A stretch of 63,203 bases of DNA, filler included. It is 4 parts of 4 records of this genome, joined end to end, with 100 filler letters (N's around TTAATTAATTAA, not from the genome) between each part and the next. Parts side by side here need not be neighbours in the genome. Positions count along the whole stretch, not along the records: positions 38,002 to 59,659 come from SRR20825010_3568; positions 59,760 to 63,203 come from SRR20825010_3588; 2 more parts are not named here. One strand, written 5' to 3'. A program made the translations under genes and the position numbers. Within the stretch, counting starts at the first letter, position 1. Every line of letters begins with the position of its first letter. The notes beneath the pieces are model-generated. The model did not search any database and was not told the DNA's origin. It saw nothing but the letters and a program-made list of their open reading frames with translations. This document shows positions 51,678 through 61,573 of the stretch, piece after piece.

Positions 51678-52523
51678 ATGTTTGCTGCCGGCAACGGTGT
51701 GGGTTGGTTTGAAGCTGTCATTTTGGGGCTCATTCAGGGGCTGACCGAATTTTTACCCATTTCTTCAAGTGCACACCTTCGCATCCTTGGGCCCATGTTG
51801 CCCTCGGGGCTTGATCCCGGCGCTGCTTTCACGGCCATTACCCAATTGGGCACCGAACTGGCGGTGCTGGTGTATTTCCGGCACGACATTGCCCGAATAT
51901 TCCTGGCCTGGTGTGGTTCGTTCAAGCGCAGTGCGCCCATGGATCCCGATGCCCGAATGGGTTGGCTGGTGATTGTGGGCACGCTGCCCATCGGGGTTTT
52001 GGGCCTGTTGTTTCAAGACATGATTGAAACCTACCTGCGCAATTTGTACCTGACCGCCATCATGCTGATTGTGTTTGGCCTCATCCTCGGTTTTGCCGAC
52101 AAGGCGGGCAAGCGCCAAACCGAACTGCGCGACATGACCTGGCGCGACGGCATTGTGTTTGGTTTTGCGCAAGCCCTGGCTTTGATTCCCGGTGTCAGCC
52201 GTTCAGGCGGTACCATCACGGCGGGCTTGCTGATGGGTTACACCCGCGAGGCCGCGGCGCGTTATTCATTCCTGCTGGCGGTGCCTGCGGTGTTTGCCTC
52301 GGGCTTTTACCAGCTGTACAAAAGCTGGGGCGTGGCGGGCCCGGTCAGCCCGGCCAACACAGCCTTGGCTACATTCATCGCATTCTTTGTGGGCTATGCC
52401 GTTATTGTGTGGTTCTTGAAAATTGTCAGCACACGTGGCTACGGTTTGTTTGTGGTGTACCGGGTTGTGTTGGGCGTGGTGGTGTTGGCGCTGTTGGCAG
52501 CCGGGGTGTTGCAGCCCATTTAA
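51678..52523 (+). CDS. uppP: Undecaprenyl-diphosphate phosphatase
   Basis: [34 protein letters not shown]. Confidence 0.96.
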   Translation: MFAAGNGVGWFEAVILGLIQGLTEFLPISSSAHLRILGPMLPSGLDPGAAFTAITQLGTELAVLVYFRHDIARIFLAWCGSFKRSAPMDPDARMGWLVIVGTLPIGVLGLLFQDMIETYLRNLYLTAIMLIVFGLILGFADKAGKRQTELRDMTWRDGIVFGFAQALALIPGVSRSGGTITAGLLMGYTREAAARYSFLLAVPAVFASGFYQLYKSWGVAGPVSPANTALATFIAFFVGYAVIVWFLKIVSTRGYGLFVVYRVVLGVVVLALLAAGVLQPI

Positions 52524-52533
52524 AGGAAGTAGC

Positions 52534-53913
52534 ATGCAGGTGTTGTGGTTCAAACGGGATTTGCGGTTAAGCGACCATTTGCCGTTGTTTGAAGCCATGC
52601 GCCATGCCAAACACCACGGCCTCGTGTTGCCCCTGTACATTCATGAACCCAGCCAAATTGCGGATGCGCACACCGCGCGCCAGCACCAGTTGTTTGTGCA
52701 TGAATGTCTGGACGATTTGCACCAGCAGTTCAACGCCGTAGGTGGTTACCTGCACGAAGAACTGGGCGAAGCCGTTGATGTGTTGGCCGCATTGCACGCA
52801 CAATTCAAGTTTACCCACCTGTGGGCGTATCAGGAAACCACGCAGCTGGCGCAATACAAGCGCGACCAAGCCGTAAAAGCCTGGTGCAAAAGTGTGGGGG
52901 TCGCATTCATTGAATTGCCGCAGAACAATGTGCAGCGTGCGGCAGTTTGGGCAAACCCTCAGGGTGAAAAAGTCAGCTTTCAAACCTATCTTGATCGCGC
53001 CGCGCAAGAGGAAATCAAAAACCCGGCGGGGCGAAATTTACAGGCCTTCTTCGCACCCCAACCCCCGCATGCATTGAACCGCGCCGCAGTGCCATGGGCG
53101 GCGGGCGATGACAAACCCCTGCGCATGAAGGGTGGCCGAACACAGGCAAGGGCGGTGGCTGCAAAGTTTTTCATGCCCGCAAAGTTGAAAAGCTACCCGT
53201 TTTCCATTTCAAGCCCACTGAAGGCATGGAATGGTTGTTCGCGCCTTTCGCCCTACCTGGCATATGGTGCGGTTAGCGATCGTGAAGTGCTGCAAAAACT
53301 AAACGCACTGGTGAACACCGTGCACGGGCAGGGCGACGCGGTATTGATTTCCAAAGTGGAAGATGCGGCCCGGTTTTATGTCGACAGGTTGATATGGCGG
53401 CAAGGCTACTTTCAGCAGTTTGAAAGCCACACGGGTTTGGAAACCGATGCCTTTTATGCAAACGAGCCTGCTGAAACAAATGAACAATTTCTAAGTGCCT
53501 GGCAGCAAGGCAAAACCGGTTTTGCCTACATCGATGCCTTGCAACGTTGCCTGTTTCAAACCGGTTGGCTGAACATGCGGGCGCGTGCCACGCTGGTGTC
53601 ATTTGCCTGTGTTCAACTGGGCTTGCCCTGGCAGCCCGTGGCCTTGTACCTGGCGCAGCAGTTTCTTGATTTTGAACCTGCCATACATTACGGGCAGGTG
53701 CGCATTGCATCGGGCACCAGTCATTTTTCTCAAATGCTGGTGTATGACCCTGTGAAGCAACAGCTTGAGCAAGACCCCAAAGGCGAATTTGTTCGGCGGT
53801 GGTTGCCAGAATTCGGCACGGCGGAGTACCCACAAGCAATTGTCGACAACGCGGATTCGCTGAAGCAGGGCAAGGCGCGCCTTCATGCCATGCGCACAAA
53901 CAAATTGTTATAG
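52534..53913 (+). CDS. Cryptochrome/photolyase-family FAD-binding protein (atypical)
   Basis: VLWFKRDLRLSDH, SRLSPYLAYG, AWQQGKTG, TGWLNMRARATLVSF, FLDFEP, QDPKGEFVRRWLPE. Confidence 0.9.
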   Translation: MQVLWFKRDLRLSDHLPLFEAMRHAKHHGLVLPLYIHEPSQIADAHTARQHQLFVHECLDDLHQQFNAVGGYLHEELGEAVDVLAALHAQFKFTHLWAYQETTQLAQYKRDQAVKAWCKSVGVAFIELPQNNVQRAAVWANPQGEKVSFQTYLDRAAQEEIKNPAGRNLQAFFAPQPPHALNRAAVPWAAGDDKPLRMKGGRTQARAVAAKFFMPAKLKSYPFSISSPLKAWNGCSRLSPYLAYGAVSDREVLQKLNALVNTVHGQGDAVLISKVEDAARFYVDRLIWRQGYFQQFESHTGLETDAFYANEPAETNEQFLSAWQQGKTGFAYIDALQRCLFQTGWLNMRARATLVSFACVQLGLPWQPVALYLAQQFLDFEPAIHYGQVRIASGTSHFSQMLVYDPVKQQLEQDPKGEFVRRWLPEFGTAEYPQAIVDNADSLKQGKARLHAMRTNKLL

Positions 53914-54573
53914 CCTGGTATTTCCTTTCAAACCTGCGCTGACATAATCGTGAAACAGTCTGCGCATTTCTTTGGGACCATCGGCTTGCGTTGCAAAGGG
54001 CAACAGGCGTTCATCGTGCATCACCATTGAAAAATCGGCCAACCCGTGAATGGCGGTGTTCACTGCCAAATGAATTTTGAAGCGCAGTTGGGTTTCAGAA
54101 TAGTGCGGCAGCATTTGCTGCAAGGTGGGGGTGAACACAGCCATGTAGGGATTGAAAAACCGGGTCAGAAAGCGTTGCCCTTGTTCGCCGGTTTGCCAAG
54201 TCAGGCGCGACAAAAACTGAATGCATACCGCCCCGGTTTGGCCGCTGGCGAACAGTTTCAGGAATGGGTCGAAAATCAGTTCGCACAGGCGGATCCATTC
54301 CAGCTGTTCGGGCAGGTCCAGCGCGAACTCGGCATGCGCCTGTTTGCAATACACGTCAAGCTGGCCAGTCACGAAATCCACCACTTCTTCGACCAATCGT
54401 TCTTTGCTTTTGAAATGGTAATGCACGGCTGACCGGTTGCCCTGGCCAGACAGTTGCCTGATTTTGCTCAGTGTCACGCCTTCAATGCCGTGCCGGGCAA
54501 ATTCATTTAATGCAATCCGTAATAGCTGTTCGCGAGTATCAACTATAGGGGCTAGGTCGGCAGGTTGATTCAT
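53908..54573 (-). CDS. TetR-family regulator
   Basis: TREQLLRIALNEFARHG..SAVHYHFKSKE. Confidence 0.92.
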   Translation of the reverse strand: MNQPADLAPIVDTREQLLRIALNEFARHGIEGVTLSKIRQLSGQGNRSAVHYHFKSKERLVEEVVDFVTGQLDVYCKQAHAEFALDLPEQLEWIRLCELIFDPFLKLFASGQTGAVCIQFLSRLTWQTGEQGQRFLTRFFNPYMAVFTPTLQQMLPHYSETQLRFKIHLAVNTAIHGLADFSMVMHDERLLPFATQADGPKEMRRLFHDYVSAGLKGNTRL

Positions 54574-54609
54574 GTGTTTGTTTTCGTGAGTAATTTTCCG
54601 CTTGCATGA

Positions 54610-54629
54610 ATTAATACCTTGGTATTAAT
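54610..54629. promoter_or_regulatory. Putative TetR operator
   Basis: Perfect palindrome ATTAATACC-TT-GGTATTAAT in the divergent spacer, inside TTGCAT-18 nt-TAATCT. Confidence 0.7.
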
Positions 54630-54674
54630 CTAGGGTGATTAGACACACTATAACTACAAAATCAGGAGACATGC

Positions 54675-56123
54675 GTGAAACTTGTTCAAGTATTCACGAC
54701 AGGACTTTCGTTGCTGGCCTTAGCGGCATTGGGTGCCTGTTCGTCCGAAGATGTGCCTGGCAATGGCACGGCAGCTGTGTCACCCAGCTCAAGCAACGTG
54801 CTTAGCAGTGAATCACTGATGCAAGCCATGGGCAGTGAAACCCCCTTGGGGCTGGGTTGCGGTTGGGTTGCTACTTCTGATCCAGACAAAGCCAACATCG
54901 CGTTTCCCGACAGTGAAGCGAAATACTGGGTGGCCGCCGCACCCGTATCGCCACAAACCCGCCTGCGTATTGACGGGCGCTATCCCGATGCGCGTTATTT
55001 CTCGTATAACGTTTACGATGTGGCCCTGCGACCTACCGATGCAATTGCTGATTTTGAATTGAACCCGGCAGGTCGTGGTGGAAATCCCTTCCTGCGCAAA
55101 GGCGCCAAGCCGGGTGGACAGTACACCGCCTACCTGGAATATGGTGTATCGCCCACACAAAATTCGGAAGTACCCAGAAAACAGAATACGTTCTACACCG
55201 GCGAAATTGGTCTTGGTCCGCTGGGAGTGCCCAATGGCCTCGCGCTTTTCATTTACCGGGTGTATGTGTCGAATGTAGGTGAATTCATGGACGGAGGTGT
55301 GGGCTTGCCCACGTTGACGCTTGAGACCTCCGATGGCAGCCGTGAATTGGGCACCCTCCCCAACTGTGCTGAACCGGCCCTGCCCAATGGTGGGGGCGCA
55401 CTGCCTGTGTTGGGCTTGAATGAACGGTTGTTGGGGCTTGACTACCCCAATCAACTGGCGCTGCCGTTTCCAACTGCCACCAACCCGCCCAGCACCGCGA
55501 AATTTTATAGCTTGGGCGACACGGCACTGCGAATTGTGGGCAATGTGACCGGACAAGACACCTCCGCCGTGGGTGAGCGTGTTGATTCGGGTTCTGGTGG
55601 GTTTCTGAGCAATGTGCACAATGCCTACACCAGCACCGCATTTGACCGCAGTGGTGGCAGCATCGCCATGGTTCGGGCCAAAGCACCCACCTATCGTGGG
55701 CAGCCCGGCGTTGAATTCAAGGAAGAACAACTGCGCTATTGGTCACTGTGTGCCAATGAATTTGCGACGCAGCGTTACACTGACTGTGCAGCCGACTACC
55801 AGGTGCCGCTGGATGATTCCGGGTATTTCACCGTTGTCATTTCCGACCCCGCAGACAGGCCCGCCAACGCGACTACAGAAAACGGTTTCGTATGGCTTCC
55901 TTGGGGCCCCTATCCAGATCAGGTTTTGTTGTACCGCCACATGCTGCACAACCCGGATTTTGCTGAGGCAATACAGAATGTCGAGAAGGGGGTTGCACTG
56001 GCTGATGCGATGAAAGATTTCGCGCCTGTCGGCATTTATTGCTCTCCAAACGTTTTTACACAAAGTAACCGCAGTGGTGAGGTGTTCACTCTGTGCGAAC
56101 AAGATCAAAACACCAATCGATAA
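54675..56123 (+). CDS. Uncharacterised lipoprotein
   Basis: AGGAG RBS, GTG start, lipobox LGAC; NIAFPD, YPDARYFSY, RYWSLC, FTVVIS motifs. Confidence 0.82.
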   Translation: MKLVQVFTTGLSLLALAALGACSSEDVPGNGTAAVSPSSSNVLSSESLMQAMGSETPLGLGCGWVATSDPDKANIAFPDSEAKYWVAAAPVSPQTRLRIDGRYPDARYFSYNVYDVALRPTDAIADFELNPAGRGGNPFLRKGAKPGGQYTAYLEYGVSPTQNSEVPRKQNTFYTGEIGLGPLGVPNGLALFIYRVYVSNVGEFMDGGVGLPTLTLETSDGSRELGTLPNCAEPALPNGGGALPVLGLNERLLGLDYPNQLALPFPTATNPPSTAKFYSLGDTALRIVGNVTGQDTSAVGERVDSGSGGFLSNVHNAYTSTAFDRSGGSIAMVRAKAPTYRGQPGVEFKEEQLRYWSLCANEFATQRYTDCAADYQVPLDDSGYFTVVISDPADRPANATTENGFVWLPWGPYPDQVLLYRHMLHNPDFAEAIQNVEKGVALADAMKDFAPVGIYCSPNVFTQSNRSGEVFTLCEQDQNTNR

Positions 56124-56149
56124 CCACTCATTCTTGAGGAGACTACGAA

Positions 56150-57487
56150 ATGGCAGTGCAAAAGTTAAAACACGGTTTGCTGGCAGCAGCAATTATTTTG
56201 GGAAGTGGCGCAGCGCTGGCCAATGACTTGTCCGAGTTGGGCAAAAGCCTGACACCGATCGGGGCTGAGAAGAAAGGCAATGCGGCGGGTACCATTCCGG
56301 AATGGACTGGCGGCTTGGTAACCCCGCCCAAAGGTTTTGACCCGGCCAAAGGCTACCTGAATCCGTTCGCAGACGAAAAACCTTTGTTCACCATCTCGGC
56401 TGCCAACATGGAGCAATACAAAGCCAACCTGACCCCCGGCCAGATGGAATTGATGAAGCGATACCCCACGTACAAAATGAACGTGTACCCAACCCATCGC
56501 ACAGCGGGCTATCGCCAGTCTGTTTATGATCATGCCAAGGCTGAAGCCCCGAATGTGAAGTTGGTTGAGAACGGCAACGGTGTCACGGGCATTAAAAAAT
56601 CAAACGTGCCTTTCCCTGTGCCGAAAAGTGGCATCGAGGTCATCTGGAACCACAACTTCCGCGACCTGGGTGGGGCGTTTACGCGTTACTCCGCCGATTT
56701 TCCTGTTCAAACAGACGGGTCGTTTACCGTGGGCAAACGGATGGAAACGGTGTCGCTGGCTTCCTACATGGACAATCCCGAACCCAACCGTATTCTGTAC
56801 TTCATGAACCAGATCACCGCGCCCGCCAACGCAGCGGGTGAGGTGGCCTTGGTGCACGAACCTATTAATCAGGTTGAGGAACCCCGTTTGGCCTGGCAGT
56901 ACAACCCCGGCCAGCGCCGCGTTATTCGTGCGCCCGAACTGGCCTATGATTCCCCAGGTATTGGTGCAGATGGCCTGCGAACCAACGATGATCTGAACGG
57001 TTTCAACGGTTCGCCAGATCGTTACGAGTGGAAGCTGGTTGGCAAAAAAGAAATGTTCGTGCCTTACAACAACTACAAGCTGGCTGATCAAACCCTGAAG
57101 TACAGCAGCATCATTCAGAAAAGCCACATCAACCCTGACATGGTGCGTTATGAATTGCACCGCGTGTGGGTTGTGGAAGCCACATTGAAACCGGGCAAGC
57201 GCCACATTTATGCCAAGCGCGTGTTCTACATCGATGAAGATTCATGGGGCGTGTTGCATGCTGACCAATACGACAGCCGTAATAGCCTGTGGCGTGTGCG
57301 TGAAGTGTTTGGCACACAGGCATACCAGGCTCCGGCATTTGTGTCTGCGGGTGAGGTAATTTACGACTTGCAGTCGCGCCGCTACCTGGTGGGCGGTTTG
57401 ACCAACGAAGAAAAGTTTGCCGAGTTTGGCAAGAAGTACACACCTGCAGACTTCTCTACGGCAGCCTTGCGCCGCATGGGTCGTTAA
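56150..57487 (+). CDS. DUF1329-domain periplasmic protein
   Basis: LTPIGAEKKGN..IPEWTGG, AWQYNPGQRRV, KEMFVPYN, RYELHRVWVVEATLK, YIDEDSW. Confidence 0.93.
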   Translation: MAVQKLKHGLLAAAIILGSGAALANDLSELGKSLTPIGAEKKGNAAGTIPEWTGGLVTPPKGFDPAKGYLNPFADEKPLFTISAANMEQYKANLTPGQMELMKRYPTYKMNVYPTHRTAGYRQSVYDHAKAEAPNVKLVENGNGVTGIKKSNVPFPVPKSGIEVIWNHNFRDLGGAFTRYSADFPVQTDGSFTVGKRMETVSLASYMDNPEPNRILYFMNQITAPANAAGEVALVHEPINQVEEPRLAWQYNPGQRRVIRAPELAYDSPGIGADGLRTNDDLNGFNGSPDRYEWKLVGKKEMFVPYNNYKLADQTLKYSSIIQKSHINPDMVRYELHRVWVVEATLKPGKRHIYAKRVFYIDEDSWGVLHADQYDSRNSLWRVREVFGTQAYQAPAFVSAGEVIYDLQSRRYLVGGLTNEEKFAEFGKKYTPADFSTAALRRMGR

Positions 57488-57508
57488 TCGGCTTGTAATC
57501 AGCGATAA

Positions 57509-57535
57509 TCGCGGTTTGAATGTTTCAAACCGCGA
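57509..57535. terminator. Perfect 12-bp hairpin between the DUF1329 gene and yaeQ
   Basis: TCGCGGTTTGAA-TGT-TTCAAACCGCGA; weak T tract. Confidence 0.45.
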
Positions 57536-57543
57536 GTCTTCTC

Positions 57544-58077
57544 ATGGCCCTTCGAGCCACCGTTTACAAAGTTCAACTGGATGTGTCCGACCTGGACCGC
57601 AACCACTTCGCGCAATACGCGCTGACCCTCGCTTTGCACCCCTCTGAAACCGAAGAACGCATGATGGTTCGCTTGCTGGCGTTTGCCATGCACGCGGGGC
57701 AAGATGTTCAGTTCGGCAAAGGTTTGTCGGCTGAAGATGAAGCCGCGGTTTGGGAAGTCGACCCCACCGGGCAAATCAAAGTGTGGGTTGATGTGGGCCA
57801 GCCCGATGAAAGCCGAATCAAAAAAGCATGCGGCCGTTCAGACCGCGTGGTGATTTACTGCTACACCCGCTCAGCCGATGTGTGGTGGAAACAAAACCAG
57901 GATTGGTTGAGCAAGCTGGACAAAGTGCAGGTGCTGCAACTGAGCGTGGAAGACGGCACTACACTGGCAAGTCTGGCCCAGCGCAACATGAACCTGGCCT
58001 GCACCATTCAGGAAGGCATGGTGTATTTGGGTGAAGCGGCGGTGCAGCCGCTTATTCTGAAAAATGCCTCTGCGTAA
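57544..58077 (+). CDS. yaeQ: YaeQ-family protein
   Basis: MALRATVYK, SDLDR, HPSETEERMMVRLLAF, GKGLS, WVDVGQPDE. Confidence 0.95.
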   Translation: MALRATVYKVQLDVSDLDRNHFAQYALTLALHPSETEERMMVRLLAFAMHAGQDVQFGKGLSAEDEAAVWEVDPTGQIKVWVDVGQPDESRIKKACGRSDRVVIYCYTRSADVWWKQNQDWLSKLDKVQVLQLSVEDGTTLASLAQRNMNLACTIQEGMVYLGEAAVQPLILKNASA

Positions 58078-58091
58078 GGAGCCAGGCTGTT

Positions 58092-58700
58092 ATGTACTTC
58101 AACACCTCGGAAATCAGCCCCCGCGAAAACTATCAATTGTTGACCGGTGCAGTGGTACCGCGCCCCATTGCTTGGGTCAGCACGCTGAGCGAAAACGGCA
58201 CGGCCAACCTGGCGCCGTATTCATTTTTCACGGTGGCCAGTTGCAAGCCGCCCGTGTTGTGTGTGGTGCAGGTGAACCCTCGCAACCGCGCTGAGAAAGA
58301 CACCTTAACCAACGTGCAAGCCACGCGTGAATGCGTGGTGAACGTGGTGAGCCATGTGTTGGTGGACGCCATGAACACCAGTTGTGGCGACTACCCGCCC
58401 GAAGTGGATGAATTCGAAAAAGCCGGTTTAAAAAAGTCACTGAGCAAAGCGGTGACTGCACCTGGTGTTGAAGATGCACTGGTGCGTTTCGAATGCAATT
58501 TGCGGGAAGTGAAACTTGTGGGTGAGGGCCCCATGGGTGGCTCGATGATGCTGCTGGACGTGCTGGGTGTTGACGTGAATGATGCTGCAATGCGCAACGG
58601 TTTGATTGCCAATGATTTGCTGGACGCGGTGGGCAAACTGACGGGCGATGGCTATTGCACCACCCGCAGCAATTTTGAATTGGCAAGGCCGAAGGTTTAA
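58092..58700 (+). CDS. Flavin reductase-family FMN-binding protein
   Basis: VVPRPIAWVST, NLAPYSFF, KDTLTN, ECVVNVV. Confidence 0.92.
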   Translation: MYFNTSEISPRENYQLLTGAVVPRPIAWVSTLSENGTANLAPYSFFTVASCKPPVLCVVQVNPRNRAEKDTLTNVQATRECVVNVVSHVLVDAMNTSCGDYPPEVDEFEKAGLKKSLSKAVTAPGVEDALVRFECNLREVKLVGEGPMGGSMMLLDVLGVDVNDAAMRNGLIANDLLDAVGKLTGDGYCTTRSNFELARPKV

Positions 58701-59368
58701 GCCGCAGTGCGTGCCTTTAACAAAGGCAGCGAAGCCACCAAATCAGCAAAGCGCTGACCTTGCACCATCACGTGGTTGCGAAGCAGCTCGTTTGCTGTGT
58801 CTCCATCACCGTTCAGAATGGCCTTCACAATTGCATCGTGTTCATCCAGCGAAGTCGGAATTCGCCCGCGCACGCGAAGTTGCAAACGGCGGTAAGGGCG
58901 CAGCCTTCTGCGCAATCCCCAAGCCTGTTCGATCAAAAATTCATTGTGGCTGCCACGGTAAATGACGCCGTGAAACTTGTCATTGAGCTGGTAGTACTCG
59001 TCGGGGTCGCCCCCTTTTTCCATGGCGGCTTTGCATTCCTCATGTGTGGCGACCAGTTCTTCCTGCTCTTCATCGGTTAGCCTGCGCGCGGCAAGGCGGC
59101 CGCACATGCCTTCAAATTCGCCCATTACCTCAAACATTTCGACCAATTGCTGGGCGCTGAACTGTGCCACCACCGCACCGCGGCGCGCACGCAAATCGAC
59201 CAGGCCGGCAGTGGCAAGCTGATTCAGTGCCTCTCGAATTGGGGTTCGGGACACGCCAAACCGTTCGGCCAGCTCGGTTTCGTCAAGATGTTCGCCCGGC
59301 GGTAACTTGCCAAAAGCGATCAACTCTTCGATTTGATCCCGTACGTCTTCCGAGAGTTTTTTCTTCAT
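58697..59368 (-). CDS. GntR/FadR-family regulator (FCD domain)
   Basis: PGEHLDETELAERFGVSRTPIREAL, NDKFH, EHDAIV. Confidence 0.95.
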   Translation of the reverse strand: MKKKLSEDVRDQIEELIAFGKLPPGEHLDETELAERFGVSRTPIREALNQLATAGLVDLRARRGAVVAQFSAQQLVEMFEVMGEFEGMCGRLAARRLTDEEQEELVATHEECKAAMEKGGDPDEYYQLNDKFHGVIYRGSHNEFLIEQAWGLRRRLRPYRRLQLRVRGRIPTSLDEHDAIVKAILNGDGDTANELLRNHVMVQGQRFADLVASLPLLKARTAA

Positions 59369-59397
59369 GGGGCGATAAAAAAAATGAATCAGCGTTA

Positions 59398-59437
59398 TTG
59401 ACAATGTATACGAGCGGAATTAGTCTTGTATACAAGA
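59398..59437 (+). promoter_or_regulatory. Promoter with GntR-type operators
   Basis: TTGACA-17 nt-TAGTCT; perfect palindrome TCTTGTATACAAGA (59424-59437) and a second TGTATAC at 59405-59411. Confidence 0.75.
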
Positions 59438-59538
59438 AATCAAAAAACGCATGCAAAATGCGATGCTCTACATACAATAATAAGAGAGCACAGGCCCAAA
59501 CACAATCAGTTTCGGGTAAACCGACGAGGAGACAGGTG

Positions 59539-59659
59539 ATGAGCCACCCAGCCAGTGCAGTTAAAGCACTTGCATTCGACGTATTTGGCACAGTTGTAGA
59601 CTGGCGGGGCAGTGTCGCCCGCGAGGTGGCCATGATCGCCCGGCACCTGAATATTCAGG
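59539..59659 (+). CDS. Haloacid dehalogenase type II, N-terminal fragment
   Basis: GAGGAG RBS; VKALAFDVFGTVVDWRGS. Confidence 0.85.
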
Positions 59660-59759
59660 NNNNNNNNNNNNNNNNNNNNNNNNNNNNNNNNNNNNNNNNN
59701 NNNTTAATTAATTAANNNNNNNNNNNNNNNNNNNNNNNNNNNNNNNNNNNNNNNNNNNN
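59660..59759. other. Artificial contig spacer
   Basis: 44 N + TTAATTAATTAA + 44 N. Confidence 0.99.
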
Positions 59760-60121
59760 GCTTCTTTCTCTACACCCCCACCACCGCCGTCACCCATACC
59801 TTCCGCGCCGACCTTGGCGCGGGCCATGTCGCCGACACCACCATGCCCGCCGATGAGGTCGCCGCGATCCTTGGCGTCCAACCCGTCGACACCCCGCCAC
59901 CCGCGACACCGCAAACCGCCGCCCCCCTCGCGGGCCTCAGCGCCGCCGACCGGGCCGAAATCGCCCGCATCGTCCGCGATGAAATGCGCCCCCTGCGCCG
60001 CGAAATCGCCGCCTACCGTGAGAAAAACGACCTGCAAACCATCCTCGGAGGCTTGGGCTATATCCTTGGCCTGTTCGGTCTGGCCTTCTACATCGCCGCC
60101 CGGCGCAAGCTGAACGGCTGA
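59760..60121 (+). CDS. Co/Ni ECF transporter accessory component (CbiL/NikL-like), 5'-truncated
   Basis: GHVADTT, EMRPLRREI, ILGGLGYILGLFGLAFY C-terminal TM; directly upstream of cbiQ. Confidence 0.7.
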
Positions 60122-60126
60122 GGCGC

Positions 60127-60915
60127 ATGGCACACGTCCTCTCAAACGGCGACAGCACCCTGACCGACACCGGGGCAGAGCGCAGCGCCAGCCGCCTCGG
60201 CGCGCTGGACCCGCGCGTGCGCATCGTGGCCGCCGTCGCATTTGCCATCACCGTGGTGGCACTCGACACCCTGCCCGCCCTGACCGCCGCCCTCGCCACT
60301 GCCCTCACCCTGCTGGCCCTGTCGCGCCTGCCCGCCGGGCCCACGCTGAAACGGGTCGCCATGGTGGACGGCTTCATCCTGTTCATGCTGGCGCTCTTGC
60401 CCTTCACCGTGCCGGGCGACGTCATCTTTACCCTCTGGGGCTATCCCGCCACATGGCAGGGCGTCGCCCGCGCCATAGAGATCGGCCTGACCGCCAATGC
60501 CGTGGTTCTGGCGCTGATGACCCTTGTCGGCACGCTGGAACCGGTGACGCTGGGCCATGCCCTCTATCGCCTGAAAACCCCCGAAACCCTCGTTCACCTG
60601 CTGATGTTCACCATCCGCTATATCGAGGTGCTGCGCGCCGAATACCTGCGCCTGCGCGCCGCCATGAAGGTGCGCGGCTTTCGCCCCGGCACAAACTGGC
60701 ACAGCTACCGCAGCTTTGGCTATCTCGTCGGCATGATGATGGTCCGCGCCATCGAACGGTCCGAGCGGGTGCTGGGCGCGATGAAATGTCGGGGCTTTTC
60801 CGGTCGCATCCGTCTGCTGCACGACTTTCGCACCACCCGCGCCGACGCGATATTCGCCGGTGCGCTCACTGTCCTATTGATTTCCCTCATCGCATTGGAC
60901 CTAACATGGCGCTGA
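60127..60915 (+). CDS. cbiQ: Cobalt ECF transporter T component
   Basis: LDPRVRI, FTIRYIEVL, AMKVRGF, AMKCRGF. Confidence 0.92.
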   Translation: MAHVLSNGDSTLTDTGAERSASRLGALDPRVRIVAAVAFAITVVALDTLPALTAALATALTLLALSRLPAGPTLKRVAMVDGFILFMLALLPFTVPGDVIFTLWGYPATWQGVARAIEIGLTANAVVLALMTLVGTLEPVTLGHALYRLKTPETLVHLLMFTIRYIEVLRAEYLRLRAAMKVRGFRPGTNWHSYRSFGYLVGMMMVRAIERSERVLGAMKCRGFSGRIRLLHDFRTTRADAIFAGALTVLLISLIALDLTWR

Positions 60916-61556
60916 TCCAGCTTGATGACATCCATTTTGCCTACCCCGGTCAGCCGCCTGTGCTGTCGGGGGCGTCCATGCAACTGGGCGCGGGCGAACG
61001 ACTGTCGATCACCGGAGCCAATGGCGCGGGAAAATCCACCCTGCTGCGGCTGATCCTTGGCCTGCAACGGCCCGACACTGGCACCGTCACCGTGTTTGAC
61101 CACCCCCGCAGCCGCGAAAAAGAATTCCATGAGGTCCGCCGCCGCATCGGTCTGGTGTTCCAGGACCCCGACGACCAACTGTTCTGCCCCACCGTGGCCG
61201 AGGACGTGGCATTTGGCCCCCTCAACCTTGGCAAAACACGGGCCGAGGCGCTGGAAATCACCGACCGCCTGCTGGGCGAGTTGGACCTGCACCACCTGCG
61301 CGACCGCGTCACGCATAAACTATCAGGGGGCGAAAAGCGCCTCGTGACCCTCGCCACCGTCCTCGCCATGGACCCCGAAGTGCTACTGCTGGATGAACCC
61401 ACCAACGCGCTCGACCCGAAAAACGCCGCCCGCCTGACAGAGATCCTGACCGCCCTGCCGCTGCCGATCCTGCTGGTCAGCCACGACCCCGCGTTTCGCA
61501 AGGCCATCGCCCCCTGCGCGCTGGAACTGTCAGAGGGGCAGCTGGTGCCGGTTTAG
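60906..61556 (+). CDS. cbiO: ECF transporter ATPase
   Basis: GANGAGKS, FQDPDDQLFCPTVAEDVAFGPLNLG, LSGGEK, LLDEPT. Confidence 0.93.
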   Translation: MALIQLDDIHFAYPGQPPVLSGASMQLGAGERLSITGANGAGKSTLLRLILGLQRPDTGTVTVFDHPRSREKEFHEVRRRIGLVFQDPDDQLFCPTVAEDVAFGPLNLGKTRAEALEITDRLLGELDLHHLRDRVTHKLSGGEKRLVTLATVLAMDPEVLLLDEPTNALDPKNAARLTEILTALPLPILLVSHDPAFRKAIAPCALELSEGQLVPV

Positions 61557-61573
61557 ACACCTCTGGCGAGGCG

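Noticed and set aside
46136-52523. Sugar operon plus uppP as an O-antigen or capsule locus
   Set aside because: No flippase, polymerase, initiating transferase or GT2/GT4; uppP is divergent and probably unrelated
38002-61556. Functional link between the cob operon and cbiQO; cobalamin riboswitch
   Set aside because: They are on different contigs, probably from different organisms, and both operon leaders are cut off
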